Assembly: GCA_030265395.1 (NCBI GenBank)
Contig: JARFYF010000052.1
Location: 126,316,005-126,380,004, forward strand
DNA length: 64,000 bases
Direction of reading: 5' to 3'
Source: Rhina ancylostomus
Taxonomy: Eukaryota
The notes beneath the pieces were generated by a model. The model was given only the letters and a program-made list of their open reading frames with translations. It was not told the DNA's origin and did no database searches. Each line of letters starts with the position of its first letter. Within the stretch, counting starts at the first letter, position 1. Of the stretch, positions 27,246 to 40,346 are shown one piece after another. A program made the position numbers and the translations under genes.

Positions 27246-27454
27246 AGACGGCTATAATCACTTAGTATTCAGAGTTACAAACGCGTCGTGAAAAATATAG
27301 TCTTTGCTTGTCTACCCAGATTAGTTGATGCTACACTGTTTCAGCATCAGTGACTAACTGCACCATCTACTGCTGGACATAGATGGATAATTTATTTTCC
27401 AATGTGTAAACACAAATCTGAACTGATTGGATGCTAGCCCATGATAAGGCACAC

Positions 27455-29110
27455 GGATAGGAACAGGAGGCGGCAATTTAGCCCAATAGTCAGATGAAAT
27501 CATTACCGATCAGTGATCTGACTCTCATTCACATATATTTTCCACATATCTACCTAAATCCCAGTTAACCCAGCAAGATTTGTCATTTGTGAAGGAAAGT
27601 TCCAAATTTCTTCCTAACTTCCTAGAAACGTTTCTTAACTTCATTCCTGAATGGGCTGGCTCTCACTTCTATACTGCGTCCCCCTAGTCCCTCATTCTCC
27701 AACCACAGAAAGTATTTCAACCCCACTGCTCCCTTTAATATCACAAAAGTCAACTCGCTCCTTAACTTTCTAAGTCTCAGGAAGTGCATCCATAGATTCT
27801 GCAATCTTTCTTCCTAATACACAGAATACACAGAATCTAGGTGCAATTCTGGTTGCACTCTGTCCAAGGCTAATCCGTGCTTCCGAAAGTGTGATACCCA
27901 TGTCTGTGAACAATGTGGTCTAAGTAGGACTTTATAATGTAGCATCACTTCTACCTCTTGTGCTTTAGTCCTCTGGCCAGTATTCCATCATTACTTGTAA
28001 TTTTCTGCCCATCTATGAAATTACAATGTGTGTGGACCCCACAGGACTCTGTATCTCCCAGCCTGTATTGCTAAAGAAATTTGGCACGTCCTCTTTGACA
28101 CTCACCAACTTTTATCGATGCACCACGCAAAGCATCCTATCTGGATGTTTCATGGCTCGGTCTGGCAACTTTTCTGCCCGGAATTGCAAGAAACTAATTG
28201 TGGACACAGCTCAGCACATCACAGAAACCAGCTTCCCCTCCATGGAATCTGTTTATACTTCTCGCTGCCTCGGTAAACAGCCAGAATAATCAAAGACCCC
28301 ACCCAGCCTGGACATTCTCTCTTCTCCCCTCTTCCATTAGGCAGAAAATACAAAAGCCTGAAAGCACGTACCACTAGGCTCAAGGACACAGCTTCTATCC
28401 CACTGTTATAAGACTATTGAATGGTTCCCTTGTACAATAAGATGAATTCTTGACTTCACAATCTACCTCATTGTGACCTTGCACCTTATTGTCTACCATC
28501 ACCGCACTTTCTCTGTACCTGTGACACTTTACTATGCATTCTGTATTGTTTTACCTTGTACTACCTCAATACACTGTGTAATGAATTAATCTGTATGAAC
28601 GGTATGCAATACAAGTTTTGCACTGTACATCGGTACAAGTGACAATAATAAATCAATTCCAATTCACCATGGAGAATGGACTCTGATCTATCCTCTTTAG
28701 GTTGAAAGTGGATGATCTCACATTTGCCAGCAAGGAAATCCATTTGCCAATCATTCTGTCCAGTCACTCCATCTCTTTGTATCTTTGTACAGTCATCCAT
28801 AATTCTTACAATACTGTTCATCCTTCTATCAACCACAAAATAAATATATCAGCTTCTATCCCATTATATAAGTTATTTATAAGTACAGTGAAGAGGTGCT
28901 GCCCAAAACAGATCCTTGTAAGACCCGACTAGACATACCCTGCTAACCTGGTCCCTACCTGTTAAGCTTACTCTGTCACCTGCCTCTCAGCTAGTTCACT
29001 GCTCAGGTCAATCAATTGTCTTTGATCCCATAAGCTGCAACTGTTACAGTCTTCTGTGAGGAACTTTATGCTTCTGGAAGTCTACTCTAGTGATGACTTT
29101 TCCTCTGGCT
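27455..29110 (-). mobile_element. Decayed CR1 interrupted by a Rex1 element
   Basis: Reverse ORFs WQMDFLAGKCEIIHF and FRNEVKKRF. Confidence 0.7.
28065..28665 (+). mobile_element. Rex1/Babar-like LINE 3' end
   Basis: LKKFGTSSLTLTNFYRCTTQSILSGC; tail cactgtacatcggtacaagtgacaataataaa. Confidence 0.85.
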
Positions 29111-30044
29111 GCTATTTTAGCCAGCTCTTTGAAAAACAGGTCATTCACCTGAAACAATAATTCTGTTTCTTTCTCCACAAATGCTGAGTATTTCCATCAT
29201 GTTATGTTTTTATTTCAGATTTCCCAACATAAGAAATGGACCTCAACGTCTTACCCACCCAGGTGTCACGGGGAACTACGTGATTATCACTTCTTATAGG
29301 ACCAGTGTCATTGAAGTGTAAATTCCTCAGTCATCTGTAACCTCAGAAAAATTCAAGTACAAGCTCACACTGAACCCACACTACCTTCAGAATCAAAGTC
29401 AAGTAGGCTTCACTCTCAGAAACCTTGCATTAGAACCTTTTCAGGCAGCCTTTGTTTATACATTTCAGGTCAAAAAAAGCTGTGCTGCTGTGATGGGGTA
29501 CCATTCACTTTGGTTGGTATGACTAGAGCATTCTGAACTGGCAATGGTATTTGGATGAACTGCAGGATTCCTCAAAGTGTAGGCAGTCAGCGAGAGCATT
29601 CAAGCCCTTACAGACATTTTCCTAGCAACTTTCTGACAGCAGCCCCTTACAAAAGAAAGACACCTCCTATGTGCACTGTAATTCAGCAGCTTCCCTGGGA
29701 GAACTCNNNCACACATTCACGTTATGGGAGCAAGTATTCATTCCTTGTCCACACTCCCAGTAGCTGCCTTCATTCTGATGTGACTGTTTACAAGTTGCTT
29801 ACTGATCTTGGAATACATGTGTAACTAGAAATTTACCAAATAATGCCTGCTGTTGCTAAAACAAAGTAACACTACATGAGGGAGCAAAACAGACTGGTTT
29901 TCGAATAGGTGCAAACAATTTGTTTTCAAGAGCTTTTCAAAATACTGCTCAGAAGATTCTAATGTGGTTTTAACACAAGAACACCAGTGCCAAAGCCTTG
30001 CAAGGTTAATGTGGTCTAATGTACAATGAAAGAAAGAAAGCTCT

Positions 30045-30630
30045 GGGGCAGAACGGTGTGCCTCAGCACTGTCCCTCACAACTCCAGGAACCTAGTCGCA
30101 ATCCAGTTTGCACGGAGTTTGCACATTCTCCCTGCTGCTGTATAGGTTTCTGTTCGATGTCCTGGTTCCCTCCAGATCCCGTTGTCACAATGTTGATCCA
30201 GAGCAAACTCACAGAGAACCCAAATGCGGCACACTGATACAAGACTGGAGACAGGATNNNNNNNNNNNNNNNNNNNNNNNNNNNNNNNNNNNNNNNNNNN
30301 NNNNNNNNNNNNNNNNNNNNNNNNNNNNNNNNNNNNNNNNNNNNNNNNNNNNNNNNNCCAGCATGGAATCCATGTGCTGGACAACAAGGCATTAATAGAG
30401 CCAAATTGAGGGCCAGAACTCAGAACCATGACACCCGTAGATGCACAGGTTGGTTAATTGGCTGCTGCAAATTACCCCTAGTAATAGTAAGTTCTAAAAG
30501 AACCAGAGGAAAAATGATAGACAAGTGAGAGAGAATAAGTTGAAGGGCTCCAGGGAAATAAGGTGAGGGGAATGGGACTGAACGATTGTTCTGTTGGCTG
30601 CCAGTGTGACCTCCTTGTGTGTCGTAAGTA
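30045..30630 (+). mobile_element. Old V-SINE split by the solo LTR
   Basis: ggagtttgcacattctccc before the LTR; caggttggttaattggctgctgcaaattacccctagt after it. Confidence 0.7.
30183..30433. mobile_element. Solo LTR (TGTCA...TGACA) with 5-bp TSD CCCGT; contains a gap
   Basis: CCCGT at 30178-30182 and 30434-30438 flanks TG...CA termini. Confidence 0.8.
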
Positions 30631-32159
30631 GAACAGGTATATTGCAGGTCCAGGTCTGGGACATGGTTGGAGAGGGGCTTGGGGCTGAGAGACAAGGTTG
30701 GAACATCACTTGAATACCTTGAAGATTGGATCAGAGCACATAGGTGGCTCGTGATCAGCTGCTGGGGGAAGAGAAAAGAACAAAGGAATTCTTGATAAGG
30801 GTGGCCTGACTGAAGCCACCATGTGGGCCAAGTTCTTTTGCTTAAAGTGGATCTAGCCACAGCCCAGTATCAGCTCTGGATTCTAAGCCTGATCTTGCAC
30901 AAGTAACGAAGGAGACCTTGTATGTAGAGAAGGCTTGCGCATTTGAAGCTATGTCCAGATGTCTGCTGTACATCACTGTGATATCCCTCTATCTCTGTGC
31001 ATTAACACATACTATATAGGAAGGGTGCTTCAAGGAAATCACGGACCATGTGGATGAGGAAGACATGTTGTTCAAGTTCAAGTTTAAGTTTATTGTCATA
31101 GGCATACATACACAGAACAAATGAATATTGTGCTATGCAACAGAATTTCATTGTTGTACTGTAGAATCGATATGTGGTTTAAACTAAGCATGATTTCGTG
31201 ACAAATTGTACATGTGTAAAAGGACCTTCTATCAAAACTTTCCACTGAGTGAAGACAGGCCATTTATTTACTGCACATTAGTACACTTGCTGTTGAGGTT
31301 CAAAGCCAAACATACAATTAAGGGTGATTTAAGTTGTGCTTATAAAATAGAAATCACGAGTTTATTATAACAAGGCCAGATCTCGGGATGTGTTTTCCTC
31401 TGACCAGGGGACAGAACAATTCATTACAGTCTTATATACAATGTTAAGCTTTGTTTTTGAAAATCTAATGAGGTAACCTAATTTTCATGGATTAGTATTA
31501 AACCACAAGCTGATTTATTGAAGGACAGGTTGTACTGATCATTGGTAGGCGCCAAGTTTCTGTTCAGCTTTGCTGAACAGCCCTTTGTCTGCAAAAAAGT
31601 ATCATCCATCTTCTTTTCTATCCCCTCAGGCGATGGCTGATTTTTAAAGAACACTTCCATACTTTTCATGATATGTCACAGCCTGTTTTAAATTAAAGCA
31701 TCATCCCTGGTTTCCAGCTGCATTTTACACACTTCAAAGTGGCAGTATGCAAAAAGGAGGGATGGCTTGATAACCAGGGGCAAACATATACTGTTTTGGA
31801 TGGAAAGATTTCCAAAGGTAAAGCAGCAGTTAAATGATGAATGCATTGACTTACTGCTCAGGCCAGCACACTGTGTAAGCTGATGGAAAACATGTTAACA
31901 CACTGTCAGTGCTAACTTAATATGTCCAAAGAGGAGTTAGCTGAAATTATTCAATTTTTTTTCACTTCATTGAACTGGAATGAGGTACAGCTTATCTCGG
32001 TGATAAAGACAGAGCCCAAAGTTTAGTAACAATGAAGTTATAGTGTAACTGTTTTCCTGAAATAATCATCCATTAATAGGAACAAATCTGATCACACAGA
32101 TGGCTTGATGATCAAATAGCCAGGTATGCTTCAGGCTGGCATGCACGCTGTACATGCAC

Positions 32160-32173
32160 TTTGCCATGGCAAC
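32160..32173. promoter_or_regulatory. RFX X-box-like palindrome
   Basis: TTTGCCATGGCAAC, 13/14 match to GTTGCCATGGCAAC; the surrounding DNA appears repeat-free. Confidence 0.4.
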
Positions 32174-32624
32174 AGAATAGATCTGATATCCTGGTCAATT
32201 CAATTAAATAATTTTGAGTCACTTGTTTTGTACATGGGAAGGATATCCTGAAAACCAAAGGCAACTCAAGGACTGTGGTTCATTTTCACATTTTTTAAGT
32301 ACCACATTCACTCAGTTGAGAAATTTGTTTTCAATGCTATATGCAAAATGCAAATATATACAAGAGGTTGCGCTTCTGAAATTCAGTTACACTGAAGTCA
32401 ACAGAGCCAGATTTTGGAAGCAGAGCACAATACGCGGTTGCTACCAATCAAGGACAAATTTCATCCTTTTGAAGTAATGTGGCTTCCCAATGGCATGGAC
32501 TACTGGCTGGAGGTGTCACCCATCAGTCTGAACAACTTGTGTTAGGACACATCCATGGGACAAGTCTTTCAGAACATAAATAGAATCAACTCATAATTAC
32601 CTCTGTAGTTTCTTTGCTAATTGC

Positions 32625-32950
32625 CAACACAGACACTTTTTCCCAGCGCCACAATGGCTAACACAAGGGGGCATAATTTTAAGGTGATTGGAGGAAGGTA
32701 TAAGGGGGATGTCAGGGGTAAGTGTTTTTACACAGAGAGTGGTGGGTGCGAGGAATGCACTACTGGCAAAGGTTGTGGAGGCAGAAACATTAGGGACATT
32801 TAAGAGACTCTTAGATAGACACATGAATGATCGTGAAATGGAGGGCTATGTGGGAGGGAAGGGTGAGATAGATATTAGAACAGGATAAAATGTCAGCACA
32901 ACATTGTGGGCCAAAGGGCCTGTACTGTGCTGTAATGTTCTATGTTCCAT
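32625..32950 (+). mobile_element. CR1 3' end
   Basis: NTRGHNFKVIGGRYKGDVRG..FTQRVVGA; tail gggcctgtactgtgctgtaatgttcta. Confidence 0.9.
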
Positions 32951-33310
32951 GAAATTCATACCACACAATCCAGCTCTTTCTGGAATTAGCTGATATAACG
33001 GGCCCCCACTATCTCTCATAATGATCAGTTTCATAGGTTTACCACTTTTCAATTAGGCAATATCCTGTGTAGAGTCTACACATGGATGTTTGTCCAGCTT
33101 ACCCCTCAGGCTGTCAATAGATGAACAGCCTTGAACCTTCACTTCTGCACGTGAAGATCACCACCTACCTGACAAGTTGCCTTTTGTGGCATCCCCTTCT
33201 ATGCCTTTCTCATGACAGTGATCAGATCTGTGAAAAATATACCAGGTAATAACACACCAATTCAAGACAAGGCCCAATCGCACAAATTTCATAATGTATT
33301 CTCTCTCTTA

Positions 33311-33374
33311 TTAGGGATATCTAAATAATTGCCTATCTGACGCAAAGGCTAAGCAATTACTTAGATATCCCTAA
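33311..33374 (-). other. 64-nt near-perfect inverted repeat/hairpin
   Basis: ttagggatatctaaataattgccta...taagcaattacttagatatccctaa; 25-bp stem with two G·U pairs on the minus strand. Confidence 0.85.
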
Positions 33375-33569
33375 ATGGCCTCTTGAATCAAGTGATATTC
33401 TGGTAACTGCCACTTAAAAGGCAGAATACTTCCGTCTCCATCCCACTCACACTGCCAGACCATAATCTCCACTGTCAGGCTTTACCACAGTAAAGGAGGC
33501 AATGTAATGGGCAAATTAAAACTGGTCCCAAAAAGAAATCTACAAGGATATATTGATTTATTTATCCCT

Positions 33570-34285
33570 TAACATCTAGATTCCAATAATCACAATGCTA
33601 CTGTGGTTGCTAATGCTGATGATACCCCCCGGTACTTTTTGTCAGTTCTCATGGTTCTTGAGAAGGTGTGCCAGCTTCTAGAACTGCTGCAGTCCTTCCA
33701 TTCGAGGCACAAGTATAATGCTGTGGCTCTGGGAGTACCAGGATTTAAACCCAATGATGATGAAGGAACAGCCATATATTTCTAAGTTTGGAGAGGAACC
33801 TGCAGGCTGTAGCACTTCCACGTGCCTGCTGCCCTTGTATTTGATGGTAGTGGTTGCGGTTTGGGAGGTGCTATCAGAGTAGCCTAGCAGAGTAACAGTG
33901 GTGGATTTTGTAAATGGTACACACAGCAGACTGGGAGTGCTTAGGATGGTGGATGGGATGCCAGTCAAATAGGCTGTTTTATCTTACATTCTGTTGAACT
34001 TTGTTCGAGCTGTACACTGCCAGATAAGTAAAATGTCACATCACACCTCTAACTTGTGCGTTGTAGAAGTTGGAAAAGCTTTGGGGAGTCAGGANNNNNN
34101 NNNNNNNNNNNNNNNNNNNNNNNNNNNNNNNNNNNNNNNNNNNNNNNNNNNNNNNNNNNNNNNNNNNNNNNNNNNNNNNNNNNNNNNNNNNNNNCTTTGG
34201 GGAGTCAGGAAGTGAATTACTTGCCACAGAATATGAGGCTTCTGATATGCTCTTGTGGCTGGTCCAGTTAAGGTTCTGATCAGTT
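33570..34285 (-). mobile_element. Decayed LINE 3' fragment (L2/Crack/CR1 group)
   Basis: cttgagaaggtg..gaactgctgcagtcc..gaaggaacagccatatatttc..tgcctgctgcccttgt, recognised as a common elasmobranch LINE end. Confidence 0.55.
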
Positions 34286-34799
34286 TTCAACTGTGCCTCT
34301 TTAATGAGGCATCTTTTCAGCACTGCAATGCAATGTCATTTAAGTATATTGCTAATGCCACATCTAAACTTTATCATCAAAAAACAATTAGCCAGCAGAA
34401 ATTAACTGAATGCTAAACTGTCATAAGGATTTTCCAAGGTGGCAACTTAGATGGCACCTTAATCCTCCAAATTCCAGCACATCCAAATTTTCCACGTACT
34501 TACAGAAGAAAAGAATATACATAATTGGAACACTGGAGAGAATTCTCACAAGCATGATCCATTGATTTTCAATGAGAGACCTTCTGCCATATTTGACAAC
34601 TAAAGGCCATTTAAAGGACTGGATGCAAAAGTAAAATACTACACATTCTGGAAATCTGGAATACAAGAGGGAAATGCTGGAATCATCCAGTGGGTCTGGC
34701 AGGACTTATGAAGTGAGAAACTGTGTCAGCTTTGAAGGTTGTTTACAGGAAAGGCATATTAAGCTGATACATGCTCAGCATTGAGTGATATCTCTGCTT

Positions 34800-35440
34800 C
34801 AGGCCAACCATGTTTTTACCACCTCTAGTGCATTTATAAGATGTTTATCCTCCAAATTTGAGCTCACCCAAAATTCTGCTGCCCAGGTCCAGACTTGCAA
34901 TGCTTCCAACTCACACCTCGCTCCTGTGCTTTCTAACCTACACTAGAACCCAGTTATGCAACACTCTAATATCCTCACTCTTGTTTTCAAATCCCTCGGT
35001 GGGCTACAGCCTTCTATTTCTTTCAAGTATCAGTTGTACCTGCAATCTTCCAGTTCCGGCCTGTTAATCATCATCAAATTGAACTGGTCCAGCACTGGAG
35101 CAAAACAAACTGCGAGAGGAGCTCAGTGGGTTGAGCAGCATCTGTGTGAGGGAAAGGAATTTTTGACGTTTCGGGTCGAGACCCTGTACCAGGACCCTCT
35201 TGTGTCCTCCATAATTGGTATTGGTGAATTCAAGTGTCCAGGCTCTCAGCTCTGGAAAACCTTCCTCAAACTTATCTGTGACATCTCCTTCCTTCTAAGA
35301 AACAGCTAAAATCTACTTCTTTGATCAAATTTTTGGTCATCTATCCTAATATCACCTGACGTGGCTCAGTGCAAAATTATGCTAGATAATGCTCTTGTGA
35401 AATGCCTTGGGATTCTTTACTACAATAAAGGCATTACTTA
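34800..35440 (+). mobile_element. L2-like 3' fragment with nested Penelope short element (35098-35197)
   Basis: atcctcactcttgttttcaaatccctc..gctcttgtgaaatgccttggga..ttttactac; nested gtttcgggtcgagaccct. Confidence 0.65.
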
Positions 35441-35861
35441 AGTGATTGGATTGTTGAAACCAGTGATGTTACAGAAGGTGCAATGTTCTCTCTCGTTGCT
35501 GTCTGATTTCCATGAGCAAAGGTATAAAAGTTAATGCTTGGCCTTACCGACCACAATTTTCCACCTCTTTCATGCATCAGTGCGCTATCAAAAAACATAA
35601 TGGCATAAATTTACCACTGTTGTACGAAAAACATAATTGATGTAAGAATTCACAGCAATAACTATTATAGCCAAAACAACTGAACATGTCTAAGTACAAT
35701 GGTGACTACCACTCTGCCAAGGATTGACCACAAACAAAAAAAGACAAATTTCTTCACGTCACTATCTCACTATAACTGTGCTCCATTTATTATGAATCTT
35801 TTGTTCTAAAGCTTCCAGTTGTACCAAAGGCTACATTTGCAAAAAGTGTCTGAAGACAAAT

Positions 35862-35998
35862 TGGAGACACAAAAAACTGCAGATGCTGGAATCTGGAGCC
35901 AAGAACAAACTGCTGGAGGAACTCAGCGGGCCAGGCAGCATCAGTGGAGGGAAAAGGACAGTTGATGTTACGGGTCGAGACCCTTCATCGGGACTGAT
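35862..35998 (-). mobile_element. Penelope-derived short element with mutated hammerhead
   Basis: ctgcagatgctggaatctggagc..ggaggaactcagcgggccaggcagcatc..cgggtcgagacccttcatcgggact. Confidence 0.75.
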
Positions 35999-36719
35999 GA
36001 TACAGTAATGGCTGCATGTTTGTTCCAGCAGTGAGCTATTCCACCTGCCATTGTCCTTTACTAGGTGAGTGGGAAGGTTCAAGTAAAGTTGAGTTTATTG
36101 TCATGCACAATTACAGTGAGGTACAGGTACAATGAAAAACGTGCTTGCAGCAGCATCACAGGCACACGGGTACAGACAACACATAGAATATAAATTATAC
36201 CGGAATTCGAAAAGCAATTAAGATACTGAAAAGTTCTGCATCCTCCCAACTTGGCAACTTTTATTTCTTTAAAAATTTACTGGAGTGTTAGTAATTGGGG
36301 AATTTCAGGATATCTATCTCTGCCATTTGTGATTTCAAAACAATGCAAACCCACCTCCTCTCCCTTTCGGTCTATTCTTTTGGAATAATGTATAACCTGG
36401 AAATATTGAGCACCTAGTTCTGATCACCCTGCAACCACTTTGCGTATCACTTTCCCCTTCACTATCTGTGCCTCACTAACTCTCCCATTTCCTCTTGTAA
36501 TCTGAAAGCTTCAATGTGAAGGCCAAATGTTCAGAGGAAAATTAAAATGAGCAAGATGTTCAATGTACAGACAGAAATATATTAAAACAAATCTTTCATC
36601 CTTGTTACTCTTTACTGAACTTATCCACTTATCACGGCTGCTTGCACCTGTCCATATTCTTCTCGGCTTGTGAAGACATGAACTAATAAAATAGAAACAC
36701 CATTGAATTGTTAAGGACG

Positions 36720-38035
36720 AGTCATATATGACTAACAATGGAGTTTTTAGATGCAGCAGAGAGGGTGAATGAAATCAATGTAGCTGGTGTTCTGCATATG
36801 GACAAGTAAAGAATTTTGCTTAAACATAAAGGGCTTGTTTGCAAAACCTGCACCCATGAATTAATAGGGCAAAAGCAGCACTAATACAAAATTAGAAGAC
36901 AAAAGAGATTGTAGACGCTGGAACCTGAAACAAAAAAAAACAGAACACTGGAAGAACCCAGCGGGTCAAGCAGCAGCTGTGGAGGCAAAAGGTATATGTC
37001 GAGGTACACCTCCCAGTCCTGACACAGGTTCCTGACCTGAAACATCAACATACACCTTTAGTCTCCACAAATGCAGCTTAACTACCGAGTTCTTCCAGCG
37101 TTTATTTTATGATACAAAATTAGCTCAGGTATGGGATACAGTTGTTGCAATAGAGGTTTATCAAACTGGAGAGAAGTTCACAGTGGTGTTCTCCAAGGCT
37201 CAACACTGGAACTACTGATGGGTATTGATAATATATTAATGATTGGGATTGGGATTGTGGAATACAGGTCACAAATCTAAATTTGCAGGTGATGTAAAAG
37301 TTGGAAGGTTTGTACAAAATGAAGGACAAAGAAAAGTGGTGGGTGCACAACCGGAAGATGAAATTCAATGCAGTAAATTGGGAGATGATACATCCTGACA
37401 GGAAGAATGAGGAGGGACGATACAAACAAAAAATAGGCATTCGGTGCGCAAACCGTGGCAAAGCACAAATAAATCACTTAGGCCCCTAGATTTATATAAA
37501 TCAGCACATTAGCCAAGTTTATGTATGAATATGAGGTCCTCCCCAGTTAGAGTATTTTGTCCATTTCTGGGCATTGGAATATCATGTTCAATTCTGGCCA
37601 CATTTGGAATAATGTGATGGCTTTGGAGAGATCATCTGGGATACATACAGGGAAGAAGCTATAGAGTTTAGAATGCTCAGACATTTGATAGAAGTGTTTA
37701 AAGTCAGGAAACAATTGAAAAATAAAACAAAAAGTGACCAGGAAATCAAAAACTAGAGCGGTTTAAGGTCCTTGGCCAAGGAACCAGGGGTAATACTGGG
37801 GTGGGGGGGAACTTTGTTGCATAATGATTAAGTGTGGGAATACAATGCTTTTTTGGATTGCAGGTACCATTCTGTGGATGTCTTCAAAAGGAATTGGATT
37901 AATATTGAAAGGAGAAAAAAGTGTAGGAATGTGAAAATGAGGGTGCCTGTGGGGCTAACAAGGCAGCTACTCAAAAGACCCAGCACAAACCTGATAGTGT
38001 GGCTACCTTCAGTCCCATATGATTTTGTAATTCTA
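36720..38035 (+). mobile_element. Very old CR1 with nested fold-back Penelope element (36895-37110)
   Basis: tcacagtggtgttctccaagg, aaatttgcaggtgat and atgaaattcaatgcag are CR1 RT remnants. Confidence 0.6.
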
Positions 38036-39349
38036 TGAGGTTAATACCTTTATCCATTGTGATATACTGTGAAATATCACTCCATTATCCCTCTACTCTC
38101 TGTCCTAAAGCTTCACTCTCGGTTAACCAAGGCTTTAATTTTAAAATTCTCATCCTTATTTCTAAGTCCCTCCATCTCCTCACAGCAGCCCCAACCCACC
38201 CCAAATCTTTGTAACCTACTCCAGCCCTACAAACCTTGGATCTTCATCCTCATCCATTCCTCGTATCTTAACCACCTTCAATCTTAATTTCTTCAGCACT
38301 GGCAATACATGAGTTTCAATGTTCAATTATGCTGGCTAACACTCCTGTGAAGTGGCCTGGCATGTTTTACTTTATGAAAAACACTGCATACATACAAGTT
38401 ATTGTGCTAAAGTTTGATGTTACTTGGATTACATGAATAAATTGTACTGTGCCCAATCAACCCCTAAATAATTCATCCAGCTTCCTCAGTGAATCAAGGA
38501 AAATATTCATTCAGTGAAAGCAGTGCTAAGACATGCTAATGGGTTGATCTGTAGAATCAAAAGTCTGATTTCTGCTAGAAACTTGTAGCCTTGATTGGAA
38601 GAGAGGCAAAGATAGGCAGGTTCAAATACACAAAAGACAATGTTAGAATTAATGCGAGAACTGGTCAGTCTGTGGAATCTGGTAGCAGGTAAAAACCCTG
38701 GATTCACTTCAGTGAGACTTGACAGCAGCAATAAAGATGAAATACGATGAGCCAAGTTACAATGAGCCAAATTGTCTTTCCCCATCCACAATTATGTGAT
38801 TTCGGGTTTTCTGCAACTCTATCAGCAAGTTCCTCACTGAATATTTTAATTGCCTTTCTAAGCTTTAGGCTTCTTTATCTAGGCATGCACTAAATAACAA
38901 TTTGCACTGTATGGGAAAGTAATAAATAACTAGAACACTTTTGACAGACTTTTAAGTTGGCAACCTTCACCTTGGATGTGCACAATAAATCATGTTGCTC
39001 AAAAGCAGGCAGCTTTTAAATTATGCTTGGATTTATTTCTTAAATAATTACTCTATAAATAACTGACTTGGATACTATTCTTTACATTTCTTTCAGTTTT
39101 CTTTGACATTTGCTGTTATTTTAATGTACAGAAAGACAAATTCCCAAGTTCATAACTCCAGAAAAGAAGTACCCTTAAAAGTTGTGCAGGTCAGAATACT
39201 GGCCTACAATCTCCAGTCTTGATGCCTGTCATTTGTTCCTTGTCTTATTAACATCTCTGTTTAGTTCAACCATCATATCATCATTTTCGTCTCTTCACCT
39301 CTCCACTCTATCACGGATGTCCCTTTTTTTCCTCCCTTCTACCCTCTCC

Positions 39350-39509
39350 TTGTGTAGCGGTTAGCGTAACACTATTACAGCGCCAGCAACCCGGGCTCAA
39401 TTCCGGCTGCTGTCTGTAAGGAGTTTGTACATTCTCCCCGTGTCTGCGTGAGTTTCCTCTGGTGCTCCTGTTTCCTCCACATTCCAAAGACGTACAGGTT
39501 AGGAAGTTG
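39350..39509 (+). mobile_element. V-SINE 5' part (runs into gap)
   Basis: gtagcggttagcgtaacactattacagcgccagcaacccgggctcaattcc..V-domain. Confidence 0.88.
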
Positions 39510-40234
39510 NNNNNNNNNNNNNNNNNNNNNNNNNNNNNNNNNNNNNNNNNNNNNNNNNNNNNNNNNNNNNNNNNNNNNNNNNNNNNNNNNNNNNNNNNNN
39601 NNNNNNNNNNNNNNNNNNNNNNNNNNNNNNNNNNNNNNNNNNNNNNNNNNNNNNNNNNNNNNNNNNNNNNNNNNNNNNNNNNNNNNNNNNNNNNNNNNNN
39701 NNNNNNNNNNNNNNNNNNNNNNNNNNNNNNNNNNNNNNNNNNNNNNNNNNNNNNNNNNNNNNNNNNNNNNNNNNNNNNNNNNNNNNNNNNNNNNNNNNNN
39801 NNNNNNNNNNNNNNNNNNNNNNNNNNNNNNNNNNNNNNNNNNNNNNNNNNNNNNNNNNNNNNNNNNNNNNNNNNNNNNNNNNNNNNNNNNNNNNNNNNNN
39901 NNNNNNNNNNNNNNNNNNNNNNNNNNNNNNNNNNNNNNNNNNNNNNNNNNNNNNNNNNNNNNNNNNNNNNNNNNNNNNNNNNNNNNNNNNNNNNNNNNNN
40001 NNNNNNNNNNNNNNNNNNNNNNNNNNNNNNNNNNNNNNNNNNNNNNNNNNNNNNNNNNNNNNNNNNNNNNNNNNNNNNNNNNNNNNNNNNNNNNNNNNNN
40101 NNNNNNNNNNNNNNNNNNNNNNNNNNNNNNNNNNNNNNNNNNNNNNNNNNNNNNNNNNNNNNNNNNNNNNNNNNNNNNNNNNNNNNNNNNNNNNNNNNNN
40201 NNNNNNNNNNNNNNNNNNNNNNNNNNNNNNNNNN

Positions 40235-40346
40235 GGAAACCCACGCAGACACAGGGAGAACGTACAAACTCCTTACAGACAGTGGCTGGAATTGAACCCG
40301 GGTTGCTGGCACTGTAATAGCGTTGTGCTAACTGCTGCACTACTGT
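40235..40346 (-). mobile_element. V-SINE 5' part, inverted
   Basis: ggaaacccacgcagacacagggagaacgtacaaactccttacagacag..gaattgaacccggg. Confidence 0.88.

Noticed and set aside
31478-31669. 63-aa ORF MKSMEVFFKN..
   Set aside because: No recognisable homology or usable splice signals.
39311-40340. Long ORFs of 277-333 aa
   Set aside because: Artefacts of N gaps flanked by SINE sequence; the same applies to other X-containing ORFs.
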